This document shows positions 13,973 through 24,965 of a stretch of DNA of 64,000 bases, piece after piece. The notes beneath the pieces are model-generated. The model worked only from the letters and a program-made list of their open reading frames with translations. It had not been told where the DNA came from and searched no databases. The stretch's first letter is position 1. Each line of letters starts with the position of its first letter. The stretch spans positions 1,612,001 through 1,676,000 of the forward strand of contig JAMWBK010000010.1 of assembly GCA_029953675.1 (NCBI GenBank). Direction: 5' to 3'. This DNA is from Rhodosorus marinus CCMP1338 (lineage: Eukaryota > Plantae > Rhodophyta). Made by a program: the position numbers and the translations under genes.

Positions 13973-16563
13973 TCGTCTGGTAAGAACTCAGGATCACGCC
14001 TACCCGCATCATAGCGCAGTTTTTGCACCTTTCTAGCATAAAGCATATTATTCCTGGCTACCATGTATTGATCTTGCTGTTGTCGTAGCAAGGCTTCCGC
14101 TGCATCAGGTAAAGGCGTAGGGGTAGCCTCTTCGGCGCGTGGTACGAATAATGTCTCTAGTAGGTTAGGGTTTCGCCCATATAAGAGCTCAAACGGTGAG
14201 TACTTACTGGCTTCAGAAATTTGTGTGTTATATACCAGGTCCGCCATGGGAAGATCAGAGGCCCATGTCGCTTGCTGCTCTTACATCGCAGATAGGTCTC
14301 CAAAGTCTGGTTAACTCGTTCTGCCGTCCATCCGTCTGGGGATGGTATGACGTACTTAAGTGAGTTTTTACCTTGAGCATCCTCATTAGTTGCTGCCAAA
14401 AGAGCCCGGTAAACTTGGAATCTCGATCGGAGACTATCGTCTGCGGTAAGCCTGCAAAACGCACCCAGTGTTCGAAAAACAGTTCTGCCGTCATACTGGC
14501 GTCTGCATCCGTCCTAGTCGCGACAAACTTCGCGTACTTCGAGAATCGGTCGATGATTACCAAGATTGCGTCATGTCCGGATTCCGTCATCGGGAGACTG
14601 ACAATAAAGTCCATCGAGATATCCTGTAACTTTGATTCTGGTACTGGCAGAGGTTGTAAAAACCCCTGAGCCGCCCTTAATGGTTTCTGACGCTGACATG
14701 TCTCACACTTCTGTATCAGGGACTGGACGTCGTCTCTTAAGGTCCGCCAATAATAACGCCGCTTCAACAGGTTGACCGTTTTATGAAGGCCAAAATGACC
14801 TCCGGTTGGTTCATCATCGTGTTTCCGCAGAAGTCCGAATTTTCGAAGCAGTCTACCCCGAAGCAGTAAAGTACGAGGAGTAGGGATTTCGTAGGAAGCA
14901 AGACATTTTATACAAACATCATCGCGTTTGTGTGCCGTGAAAATTCGTACCGGACTTACTGCGGAAACTCCATGATGAACCAACCGGAGGTCATTTTGGC
15001 CTTCATAAAACGGTCAACCTGTTGAAGCGGCGTTATTATTGGCGGACCTTAAGAGACGACGTCCAGTCCCTGATACAGAAGTGTGACAGCGTCAGAAACC
15101 ATTAAGGGCGGCTCAGGGGTTTTTACAACCTCTGCCAGTACCAGAATCAAAGTTACAGGATATCTCGATGGACTTTATTGTCAGTCTCCCGATGACGGAA
15201 TCCGGACATGACGCAATCTTGGTAATCGTCGACCGATTCTCGAAGTACGCGAAGTTTGTCGCGACTAGGACGGATGCAGACGCCAGTATGACGGCAGAAC
15301 TGTTTTTCGAACACTGGGTGCGTTTTGCAGGCTTACCGCAGACGATAGTCTCCGATCGAGATTCCAAGTTTACCGGGCTCTTTTGGCAGCAACTAATGAG
15401 GATGCTCAAGGTAAAAACTCACTTAAGTACGTCATACCATCCCCAGACGGATGGACAGACAGAACGAGTTAACCAGACTTTGGAGACCTATCTGCGATGT
15501 AAGAGTAGCAAGCGACATGGGCCTCTGATCTTCCCATGGCGGACCTGGTATATAATACACAAATTTCTGAAGCCAGTAAGTACTCACCGTTTGAGCTCTT
15601 CTATGGGCGAAACCCTAACCTACCAGAGACATTATTCGTACCACGCGCCGAAGAGGCTACCCCTTCGCCTTTACCTGATGCAGCCTAAGCCTTGCTACGA
15701 CAACAGCAAGATCAATACACGGTAGCCAGGAATAATATACTTTATGCTAAAAAGGTGCAAAAACTGCGCTATGATGCGGGTAGGCGTGATCCTGAGTTCT
15801 TACCAGACGAGTTGGTGTTATTGGCAACAACAAACCTGCCGCTGCGGGACCCGAAACCTTTCAGACCGCGCTACATCGGACCCTTCAGAATCACGCGAAA
15901 GGTGAATGACGTAGCCTATACCTTGCAGTTACCAGCCGAGATGAACATACATCCCACGTTCCATGTCTCCCTGCTGAAGAAATTTCGGGGAACCCCCGAC
16001 AACGTTCAACTCAAAATACCCGATTGTGCAGCTGAAGTAACAGGAGGCGAAATCAAATCCGTGCTTGGTCATCGGATGAAACCAGAGGGAACCAGCGAAT
16101 ATATGGTTTACTTCGAGGGTGAAACTGTAGCTTATGCTCGATGGATTGCAGCTCATCAGTTGCCACAAACCACTGCTACAAAAAAGCAAATTCGCTACTA
16201 CATGAACTTTCATCGTGCTGCTGAATCTGCCCGACACCGCGCTTCTTCGGTGGGAGGGATGTGACGTCTCCACCTTCCAGCAATGTCCGGCTATGCAAAA
16301 TTATGCTCGGGCTGTGCCAAAATCTCTGGAGGTGCAACACCCTTTTGATTTTAATAGTTATTGCACATCCCGATGGAGCAAGAGTATAAGTGCGATGGGC
16401 AAACTCGATATTTCCCAGGTTAGCTGGAGAGAGAAAAAAGGATATAGGAGGAAAAAGGATAGAATTGGAATATATTACCTAATTAGGGAGTAATTAGGGG
16501 GGAATAAACCCGGAAATCTGGAGTAATTGAGTGAATATCCAGCTGGCAGTTTGAGACGTAAAA
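13973..16563 (+). mobile_element. Truncated Ty3/Gypsy chromovirus (family A relative): integrase + chromodomain + PPT + 3' LTR, with a fold-back inverted duplication
   Basis: + strand HHCC/DDE integrase (GHFG...CETC, MDFIVSLP, SDRDSKF), GPF motif, chromodomain, PPT GGGAGGGA, LTR 16260-16563; frameshifts and stops. 13973-14844 is the reverse complement of 14939-15810. Confidence 0.9.
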
Positions 16564-17131
16564 GAGCCGGCAAAAACCACATTTGTGGTTGCCACCGAAC
16601 GGGTAAATGATAACCTCTCGTATAGATTCAAGCCAAACCTTGGTCGAGTTTCGAGTTGCAAACGACCATATCAGAAAAAGAAGAAAAAAGCGTGAAAAAT
16701 ACGGACGCAATCGGTTGTCGGACCATTTATCGTACGAAGCTTTTTTTCTTTTTCATTCAGGTCCGATAAACTTATATCGGACGGAAGCGACAGTCTTCAT
16801 ACTATATTATATTAGTGTTGTCATATCTCCCCCTCCGAAAAGGTTATGAAGCGTCCGATATAAGTTTGTCGGACCTGAATTGCCTAATAATTAATCCATA
16901 TGGTTTTGGACTCGTGTCCAGTACAAATTTATCTGACCAAAAATAAAAATAAGATAAAGAGGTTCGTCCGATAACGGTCCGATAATGACCAATTGACGTC
17001 CAATCTGTGGGGCATCGTGTTCGTAATACATAGTGCGCTCCATAATGTTGCTGCGTTTCAACTTTCTGAATTGGTTGCATTCTGAAAAAACCCCAGATTG
17101 TATGACAGCCTGTCGACCTCAGAGGAGCCTA

Positions 17132-20100
17132 TGTCACTTCCTTAAGAGACGGGTTCATTAGCACGACCTTGCACTGGAGCCCGGAGGGCTAAACATAGCA
17201 TGCCGGAGGGCTAAAGTGGAGAATCGTGGCAAGATTTGGCACTCTAAACCTAGCCTATATGTACCATAACTATGGCATCTCTCTAAGGGTTAGTGCTAGG
17301 AGAAAACGAGTTAGGAAGAGTTAGGAAAAAGAAGTTAAATCTGAGACAAAAATAGTAAAATTTACCAAGAAATTGAAATCAAGTCATCTGAGGACGTTTC
17401 AGATGGTCTCACGTCTGGAAGATACAGGTTCAGTAAAACGGCCGGAGGGCTAAAGTGGAGAATCGCGACAAGATTTGTTACGCTAACCTTAGCATATATA
17501 TACCGTAACTATGACATCTCTCTCAGGGTTAGCGTCGAATTCGTCCGAGGATGGTAGCTGCTGGTAAATCGCTGGGCAGTAGGCAACAGTCGCAGGTACT
17601 CCTCCACCAGTTTTGACCGGAAATTAGCGCCTCGGTCGGTTAATATCTGTACTGGCCACACGATCTCTTCGTAGATGAACTTGGCGACATTTGCCTGCGT
17701 CGCTTCCGGCATCGCTCGTACTAACGACCAACGTGTCAGGGACTCTACTGCTGCAAGAATCCACTGATTTCCAGTCAGGGACTCTACTGCTGCAAGAATC
17801 CACTGATTTCGTTGGTCGGTAGTACGAGCGATGCCGGAAGCGACGCAGGCAAATGTCGCCAAGTTCATCTACGAAGAGATCGTGTGTCCATATGGAGCTC
17901 CAGTACAGATATTAACCGACCGAGGCGCTAATTTCCGGTCAAAACTGGTGGAGGAGTACCTGCGACTGTTGCCTACTGCCCAGCGATTTACCAGCAGTTA
18001 CCATCCTCGGACGAATTCGACGGAAGAAGGGGGGAAGAAGGGAGTTAGGAACAGTTGGGAAAAAGAACTTAAGTCTAAGACAAAGGAAAAGCCGATTTAC
18101 GAAGAATTCGAAACCAGAACAAACATCATCTGAGGACGTTTCAGTTGGTCTCATCGCGTGATTGCGATTGAGGAACCGACCGGAGGCAGAGAACCTGATG
18201 GACAAAGTAAATGAGCCCAGAACCAGAACCAGAATGTCGTCATTCATAAAGATCCAGGCCCAGCACCCGAAGGCTTACGACGGTCGGAGGGATGCATTGC
18301 TGATTATCAAGTTCCTAAACAGCCTACGAACATATTTTAAATTAGCGCAGCTACCCGAAGACGACGATGAATATAAGATACCCTGGCCGAGGCTTATCTC
18401 ACCGGAGACGCATCATATTGGTGGTCGCTGATACACGAAAATCGAAAAACAGACCACTACGACGGATTTGAAGACAACCTTGAAGGCTGAATTTTACCCG
18501 GCCGACGCGAAAAAATCTGAGCTAAGCAACAGTTCGCGAGACCGGTCCAACGGACGTCGGTCGCGGCGTAATCGGCTTATTTCAACAAGTGCCTCATCCA
18601 AGTCGGAACGATCTCCGATTCTGAGAACTTTGACCGTTTTGTCCACGGATTGAAGACTGACATCAACGGTATATTTATATACACGATGTCCAAACATTTG
18701 AGGAGGCACAAGCGCTGCCGCTGAAAATGGAGCTGAGATGGCCAGCCAAAATTCTAGAAGGGAGGGAAAACTTTCACCAAACACGGCAACGTCCCAAACC
18801 ACCTTCGTACGGCTGTTGAACACCATATTTTTTAACCGGTTGGGAAAGTGTCCATATCGGTGGATTTCATTGTCAACTTACCATTGACGTCGGAAGGCTA
18901 TGACTCCATCCTCGTTCCCGTCGACAGGTTTACGAAATATGTGCGGTTCGTTTCGACGACCACTTCCGCCACTGTTTCCGAAGTTGCAGAGTTGTGTTCA
19001 CACCATTGGCTGCGCATTGCGGGTGTTCCCGCGGATACCCTCTCCGATCGCGATCCCCGATTCACGTGTGTTTTCTGGGGACACTGATGAAACTACTGAG
19101 GGTGAAACAGAACCTCAGTACGGCGTATCACCCACAGACAGATGAACCGACCGAACGGACAAACCAAAAGTTGGAAACCTACTTATGATGCACTGCCCGG
19201 CGCAGAATTGGGAGGCAGACCTTTCAACTGCCGAGCTGTGGTACAAGAGTCAGGTCTGAGACCCATTTTCCCCTTTGGAAGTGCTGTACGGACGCAACCC
19301 GACGTTAGCGTACGACCTCATCTTGCCGGACTACCACAGTGTGCAACTCCCTTACCCGAAACTGCAACGGTGCTCCTACGACGCCAACAAGATCAACAAT
19401 CTTTATACCGAGTCAACGTTAGGTTCTGCCCAGGACGGCAGCGGTTTTACTCCGATCGTGGGAAAAAAGACGTGCAGTTTAAAACCGGCGATTCCGTCGT
19501 GCTATCTACGCGAAATCTCCACCCGCCGGGTAGTAAGGTTTTTCGACCTCGCCATATGGGGGGGGAAAAGGCGACGCGCCAAGACATGAGGCCATCATGT
19601 CACGAAAATCGCGGACAGGAATGCGGGCCTTTCAAAGTTCTACAAAACATCGGCGAAGTTGCGTACCACTTAAGCTCACGGAGGATTTTCAAATTCATGA
19701 TGTTTTTCTGCGACGAGTCGAGTAATACCTGCGTTCCTGTGGCTCACGCAACCCTGCGAGGTTAAGTCGGTATTCGGGCATCGGCTGAGCGCTGAGGATT
19801 TGAACGAATATTTGCTCTATATGGATTGGGGAGACAACGGATGATCTACGATGGTTATCACATCATCTGCCGCAGAATGGGAATACCAAGAAGCAGATCC
19901 AGTATTACACAAACCTTCATAAGGCTGCTTCATCTTCAGCCAGAAGTCTTTTCCTGCGGAGGGAGGAGATGTCACGTCCTGAAGAGACAGGTTCAGTGGC
20001 ACGGCCGGAGGGCTAAAGTGGAGAGTCGTGACAAGATTTGGCACGCTACCCTTATAGCCTATAAATACCGTAACTATGACATCTCTCCAGGGTTGGAAAT

Positions 20101-20231
20101 AGGAGAAAGGGGGTAGAAGGGAAGCGAGTTAAATAGGAAGAGTTAGGAAAAAGAAGTTAAATCTGAGACAAAAGTAAAAGCTGATTACGAAGAAACTGAA
20201 ACCAGGGCAAACGTCATCTGAGGACGTTTCA
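17132..20231 (+). mobile_element. Degenerate, internally deleted Ty3/Gypsy element (family B) with three LTR copies and TSD GCCTA
   Basis: LTRs TGTCAC...GGACGTTTCA at 17132-17401, about 17408-18143 (interrupted) and 19970-20231. GCCTA at 17127-17131 and 20232-20236; PBS 18146; gag remnant (PKAYDGRRDALL) about 18235-18820; integrase remnant 18850-19760; PPT GGAGGGAGGAGA. No PR/RT/RNase H seen. Confidence 0.88.
17533..18022. repeat. Inverted repeat of a foreign Gypsy-type integrase fragment inserted inside an LTR
   Basis: Arms 17533-17733 and 17810-18022 are reverse complements (12-bp deletion in the left arm); the loop holds two 37-bp direct copies. Encodes NQWILAAVESLTRW...YGAPVQILTDRGANF...SSYHPRTN. 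Confidence 0.9.
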
Positions 20232-21705
20232 GCCTAAAGCATACTGCGGAGCCTAAGGATGGGATGATTGATATTAGACATTCGATGTTTTTATCGGACA
20301 CAAAATAAGACATGTATTTTAGAAGTATTTCAAGCGGGCTTCGCCTAATTGTCTTCATTGATTCGAACACAAATTGTCAACGAAAAAGCTTATCGGAGGG
20401 TTTATGACAGGGTTTTGAATAGAATTTATTTTCTCTACATGACAGACTGTATGCCAGATGTCTTAGACTGAGCGGTGATACCTGATAGTGGATAGAAAAA
20501 GGGAAGAAATTTTTGCAGGTAAACCAAAAATTGAAATTCTTGAGACCCGTAAGTTCTCTATTGCGTAGCTTAGTTTCGCGAAATGCAGATCCGTTCGTGT
20601 CGAACCAACTTACAACTCCGAGGATTTTGGAGAATAAAGGATTCCATTTAACTCTTGGACAATTTCCTCATAACTTAGGTTGGGAATAACGGTCGGATCA
20701 AATCACCGCTTTTCATCATTATTACCGAAGATCCTAATGCATCTGCATCTTCCCCTAGTGGGACTATGGCTACTCTTAGTAGCAGGTGAATAACCTGTGT
20801 GGTGCTTTGTGACTTCTCCGCACTTGCCCAACAGAATTTGGATCTCCATGAGCACAGGCTGCTCCAAATTACGTAATTGAAAATATCGGACGAAGCCATG
20901 GAGAGACGCCTACTTACTATGAAACGCATTTTCGATGAGCATTTATCCGGTCGTCCGCAATTTTGCAATCGGACCTTTTCGGACGTCTTCATATCCGCCC
21001 GCGCAAGAAAACCCCGCTCCGTTTAGTACCAATCGTGTGGGAGCACGCGCCAAGCGTGCTTAACTGATAGAACCAAGTTTGGGGTTTCGTATAAAGTGTG
21101 AGCAAGAAATCAAAATGCTGAGCGCGTGCGGACGATGTTTTTCTAATGGAAACTGGCTTTTCGCGTTCATAGCGCAGAGTGCTTTAGGTTCTGTTCGAGA
21201 ATTCACATAGTCAGACGCCTCCTGCTCGACCACAGACATCAGCGCATCCTTTTGTTTTTTTGCGTGCGTCTGCGGTTGCTGCACTCCACCTGAAAGGGGT
21301 CAAGTCCTAACTTGGTAGAGTTATGATTCCGGCGTTGAGTCCGCGGTGGATGTTAGCGAATGCTGCCAGTCACTAGATGCGCTTGGGAAGAGCAATGAAC
21401 CTTGAACAATGAGCTCTTTAGTCTAGTATCTGCCCCGAGGAAAGGATAATTCCTTGCACTCTGGCTTTCGAGGGGAGTCCGATTTCGAGTGAAGAACAAA
21501 CTCTTCATATTTCTCCGCTGTGGACATTTTTCCATTACATACCTTCGAAACGGCTCGAACGCGCCGAAAAAGCTAGATAGTAAACCATTTGCCAGAATTT
21601 GCCACGTGTGCAACGGAAAACAATCGCATAGTTGCCCTGACGAGAAGGTACCATAATTCGAGCTAAACTCCTACACTAACTAGTACGAGACGTTTTTGTC
21701 AAGTT

Positions 21706-22375
21706 TCAAGAAGCCTTCCTTTTTGACCCTGTAGCCGGCGTGGTCTCTGATTTGCCTTTCGCGGCTCCCCCTCTCAGTCCGAGCAGTCTTTTCAGCTCTC
21801 TTCGAAGGATCAAAAGAGTAAAGACTACCCATAACACTATGGCAGGGCTCCAAATGGATTGCCGAAGAACGCTTCTCGCGAAGACTTCGAGGACGTTTAG
21901 GACACAGCACGCATAAGTAGCTTGTGCGTCCAGGCGAGATAGTAGCATCGTACCCGAAAATATTTGCGCCATCCCATACAGAACCCTATCATTCGACGAT
22001 CAAGATCGAAGTTTGTAAGTCTCCAAGAGCAAGGAAGGGTTTCGAGGGCCAGATGCCCACTGTTTTGCCTTCTTGTTCTCCAGATTTATGGGGTACAGCA
22101 ATCGCAGAGCTCAAACACTTACGTCCCAGATTACGACGCAGAAAAAAATAACCGACGTACCTTAGAGAGGTGTCATCAAAAGACGCCGGCATACCAGCCC
22201 TTTGCAACAGCGCATGGTATTGCCTGAATTGAAGAAGCTGACGTGCATAATGCTTAGGATAGAAAAGTCCTGAGATCTTCATCAACCCAGAAGCAGCCAT
22301 ATAAACGAAAAGCGCGAGGGATGCATAGCTAATTGCTTTTACCACCCTCTGAATCGCAGTCTGGTCGTCAGCCAT
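21706..22375 (-). CDS. Small multi-pass membrane protein, DoxX/TMEM35-like (intron-containing)
   Basis: MADDQ...SLALFVYMAASGLMKISGLFYPKHYARQLLQFRQY...DDTSLR|GTACGT donor; last exon hydrophobic with basic tail (GSKRKAS). Family assignment from recalled pattern only. Confidence 0.45.
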
Positions 22376-22928
22376 TGGCGATTTTACCTTCCTGATAGCG
22401 CCACCTAAATCAGCAGTCAGACCGCAAGCACATATTATCCAGCCTTGAAACACAACCAAAGGATTACCTTAACACTCACCCTAACACCCCCAGTACCGCG
22501 AACGATCTGAGAGGGTGCCCGTGTCGTTTCATCTCTGGTCTCACAGGTCCTGGGAGAGGGTTTCTTTCTGCTGCAGGCCAGAGTGAAAGTGAACAGAAGT
22601 TTTTACGATTCGCTTGAACAGTCCTTGCGAACTTTCAGAGGCGAAGATTGTTTTCAATTAGGAAACGCGTCTCGCTACTGCTATGATACTGGCGCCATGA
22701 AGAGTGGCTATTTAAGGTGATCTGACAGCTACGGCGGTTGTTTAAAATTCGGGGCTATTTTCTCAGAGTATTGGAGCATTAGGTACTCTTCCTCTCTCCG
22801 CTGTGGTGCGGAGTTGTTCGATGCAGCTAGGACTCAGCAATAAACACGTGGCCTCTGAGCTACACATTTCACAGTTCAGATATGTGGTTTCGATAGTATG
22901 TCATCCCCAGACTAACGTAACGACAAAG

Positions 22929-24236
22929 TCAGGTGTCTACTTCCCTGCCTTGTGCTCGAATCTGGCTTGAAGAAATATCTTCCCGGAACAGAGCTTCTGG
23001 TATTTCTACGAACATTCTGTTGAGCTCGTTGGGTATATCGATATCCCGCAAGGTCAAGAATTTGGACTCCCCGTTGCCCAACTGTTCTATCCGGCCAGCG
23101 ACAAAGATCCGAGAGCCAACGTTTGCCTTTTCGGACAGCTGGTGTATCATCTCTTCTGACCCACCTGCGTAGTAGGCAGGGTTCAGGATCCTTACTGCTG
23201 TGTCATAGCCCGAAACGAAACAGCAGCCTGGGAGTATGTTCATTTTCTCGACAAATAAGGGCTTCGTGGTCAGGATCACTTGAGATTCACCCCGGAACTG
23301 TTCTACTCGACGGAGTGTCTCGTCCACAGAGAGTCGCCCCTTGTCAGCGTTGACCACTGCAAGCTCGTACGCAGCCTGTCGCTCTCCCGATAAGCGCTTG
23401 GCCGCTTCGAACAATTTCTGGTGACCTATGTGCAAGGGGTTAAAAGATCCCGGAAGAACTAAGCCCTGAAAACGCATATACTCGGTCGCAGTCACGCCGT
23501 CTTTATCAATAAGAACCGAGTCCAGTCGCGTCTCTCCTTTCAAGAACTTTGCAATAAGTGTTCCAGGATTTCGCGATCCTTCTTGATGCTCTAGCTTCTC
23601 CACGACATCAAGCCCAATGGTTATGAGTCTATCTGAGCCTCTTCCTTCCTGTAGGGATCCCTCCAACGCAAAGAGAATGGCTCTCGATACTAGCTCATCC
23701 TCTTCTGCTCTTGTCCGTGTTCCTTTTCCTAGCACCGACCCGTAGCTGTGAATCCCTTCTTTGGTGGCAACGGATACCCAGAACCTATTTGTCCCCTTAC
23801 GCTCTGGTGTGGTACTGATTGCGGCAGTCGCACCGACTCCTAGCAATCGGTACTCGGGCGCAGAGCCGCTGTTGACCGTTGAGCCCTCCCGTAGGTACTC
23901 TTGTCCTCGGGCATAGCATGCCTCAGCCATAAGAGCAGATATTTCCTGGTTCACTGTCCCAGCAACTACATCGGGCAGGGCTGGTCGCAGAAGGTTTTCA
24001 AGAGCGCGCCGATTGTATGGCACAATCCCCTCTAAGATCGTAGATGAAGCCCCGGGCTCATTCAGAAGCCATGCTAGTACTCGTGATCCAGCCCCAGTGG
24101 TTGCCAACACAAGCTTCGTTCTACGGTCAGAGTGGAGCCTCTGGATGAAATCCTTAACTTCGCCTCTGGCTTCATATCCCATACGCAAAGGTGCTCCCGA
24201 ACCGAAGGCCAACATTTGCTTTTGAGAAGCCGCCAT
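22929..24236 (-). CDS. CinA/PncC-like domain fused to a HIGH-family nucleotidyltransferase (NMNAT-like) domain
   Basis: Intronless 435 aa. N-half LATTGAGSRVLAWLLNEPGASSTILEGIVPY aligns with the PncC pattern; C-half PGSFNPLHIGH, GYDTAVRI and DISSSQIR are cytidylyltransferase-like motifs. Confidence 0.75.
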   Translation of the reverse strand: MAASQKQMLAFGSGAPLRMGYEARGEVKDFIQRLHSDRRTKLVLATTGAGSRVLAWLLNEPGASSTILEGIVPYNRRALENLLRPALPDVVAGTVNQEISALMAEACYARGQEYLREGSTVNSGSAPEYRLLGVGATAAISTTPERKGTNRFWVSVATKEGIHSYGSVLGKGTRTRAEEDELVSRAILFALEGSLQEGRGSDRLITIGLDVVEKLEHQEGSRNPGTLIAKFLKGETRLDSVLIDKDGVTATEYMRFQGLVLPGSFNPLHIGHQKLFEAAKRLSGERQAAYELAVVNADKGRLSVDETLRRVEQFRGESQVILTTKPLFVEKMNILPGCCFVSGYDTAVRILNPAYYAGGSEEMIHQLSEKANVGSRIFVAGRIEQLGNGESKFLTLRDIDIPNELNRMFVEIPEALFREDISSSQIRAQGREVDT

Positions 24237-24662
24237 TGGTTCTTTGCGAAAAGATTTCCTTTACTGTTTAGTTGGTGGAAAGCTCCTTCCAGCTGACTAT
24301 CGCACCTTCATCCAACTCCGCAAATTATGATTTTCTCTCGAACGTAGTTGAATGAATGTGTTCGCTCAACACGATACTACACCCGCGCAATGAATCTCCT
24401 AGCTACTCCCGTCCAAGCCTCGACTTGCCTGACCCATGGGATGACTAAGTATGCATCAGCTGGTGGTCTCCGCCTCAAAATTGTTGAGACATTTCACCAG
24501 GGAAGGGTAGGTCATCCTCCACGTGCTCACCGGGGAATCGAGGAGAACCAATTTTTTTTCGTCGAGACGCTGATTGTAGGTGAAACGCTTTAAGAACAGT
24601 TCTGGGTATTGAGAGTCTTGGGCTAGCATCTGGTGGGGTTTGAATGTCGTAAGGAATTCACC

Positions 24663-24965
24663 ATGGGAAGCACTGCAAGCAAGGATGAGGAGCCAGCCAG
24701 GTCTCAAAAGCAGCCGATGGTTAGTCAAAAGAAGAGAAAGGTATGCTATGAGCATCGAGACAAATACTACGAATGTTTCAATACGCAAACGGCCGATGGT
24801 TCCGCAGATCAATGCAAAGAGTTGCGGCGCCAATACGAAGAGGCCTGTCTCCGATCATGGGTGAAGTACTTTGACGACATGCACAAAAACGAAAAATCTG
24901 CCGCGGCACAGAAGCGTATGATGCAGACAGTGCAACCCTCTAAAAGATTCGCAGCTGAGGAATAG
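24663..24965 (+). CDS. COA6: Cytochrome c oxidase assembly factor 6 (COX6B-family twin-Cys protein)
   Basis: RKVCYEHRDKYYEC...CKELRRQYEEACLRSWVKYF: CX9C-Xn-CX10C plus SWVKYF. Confidence 0.75.
   Translation: MGSTASKDEEPARSQKQPMVSQKKRKVCYEHRDKYYECFNTQTADGSADQCKELRRQYEEACLRSWVKYFDDMHKNEKSAAAQKRMMQTVQPSKRFAAEE

Larger units (their letters stand above)
13010..21000. mobile_element. AT-rich non-coding repeat element rich in TCCGATA/TATCGGA motifs (putative non-autonomous DNA transposon), split by two Gypsy insertions; ends approximate
   Basis: Motif recurs in both orientations at about 13021, 13288, 13539, 13570, 13637, 13670, 13768, 16762, 16854, 16966, 20296, 20391 and 20883. A diverged uninterrupted copy of part of it lies at 37676-38150. 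Confidence 0.5.

Noticed and set aside
21295-21365. tRNA-like TGGTAGAG box
   Set aside because: No T-loop GTTCRA and no acceptor stem could be formed.
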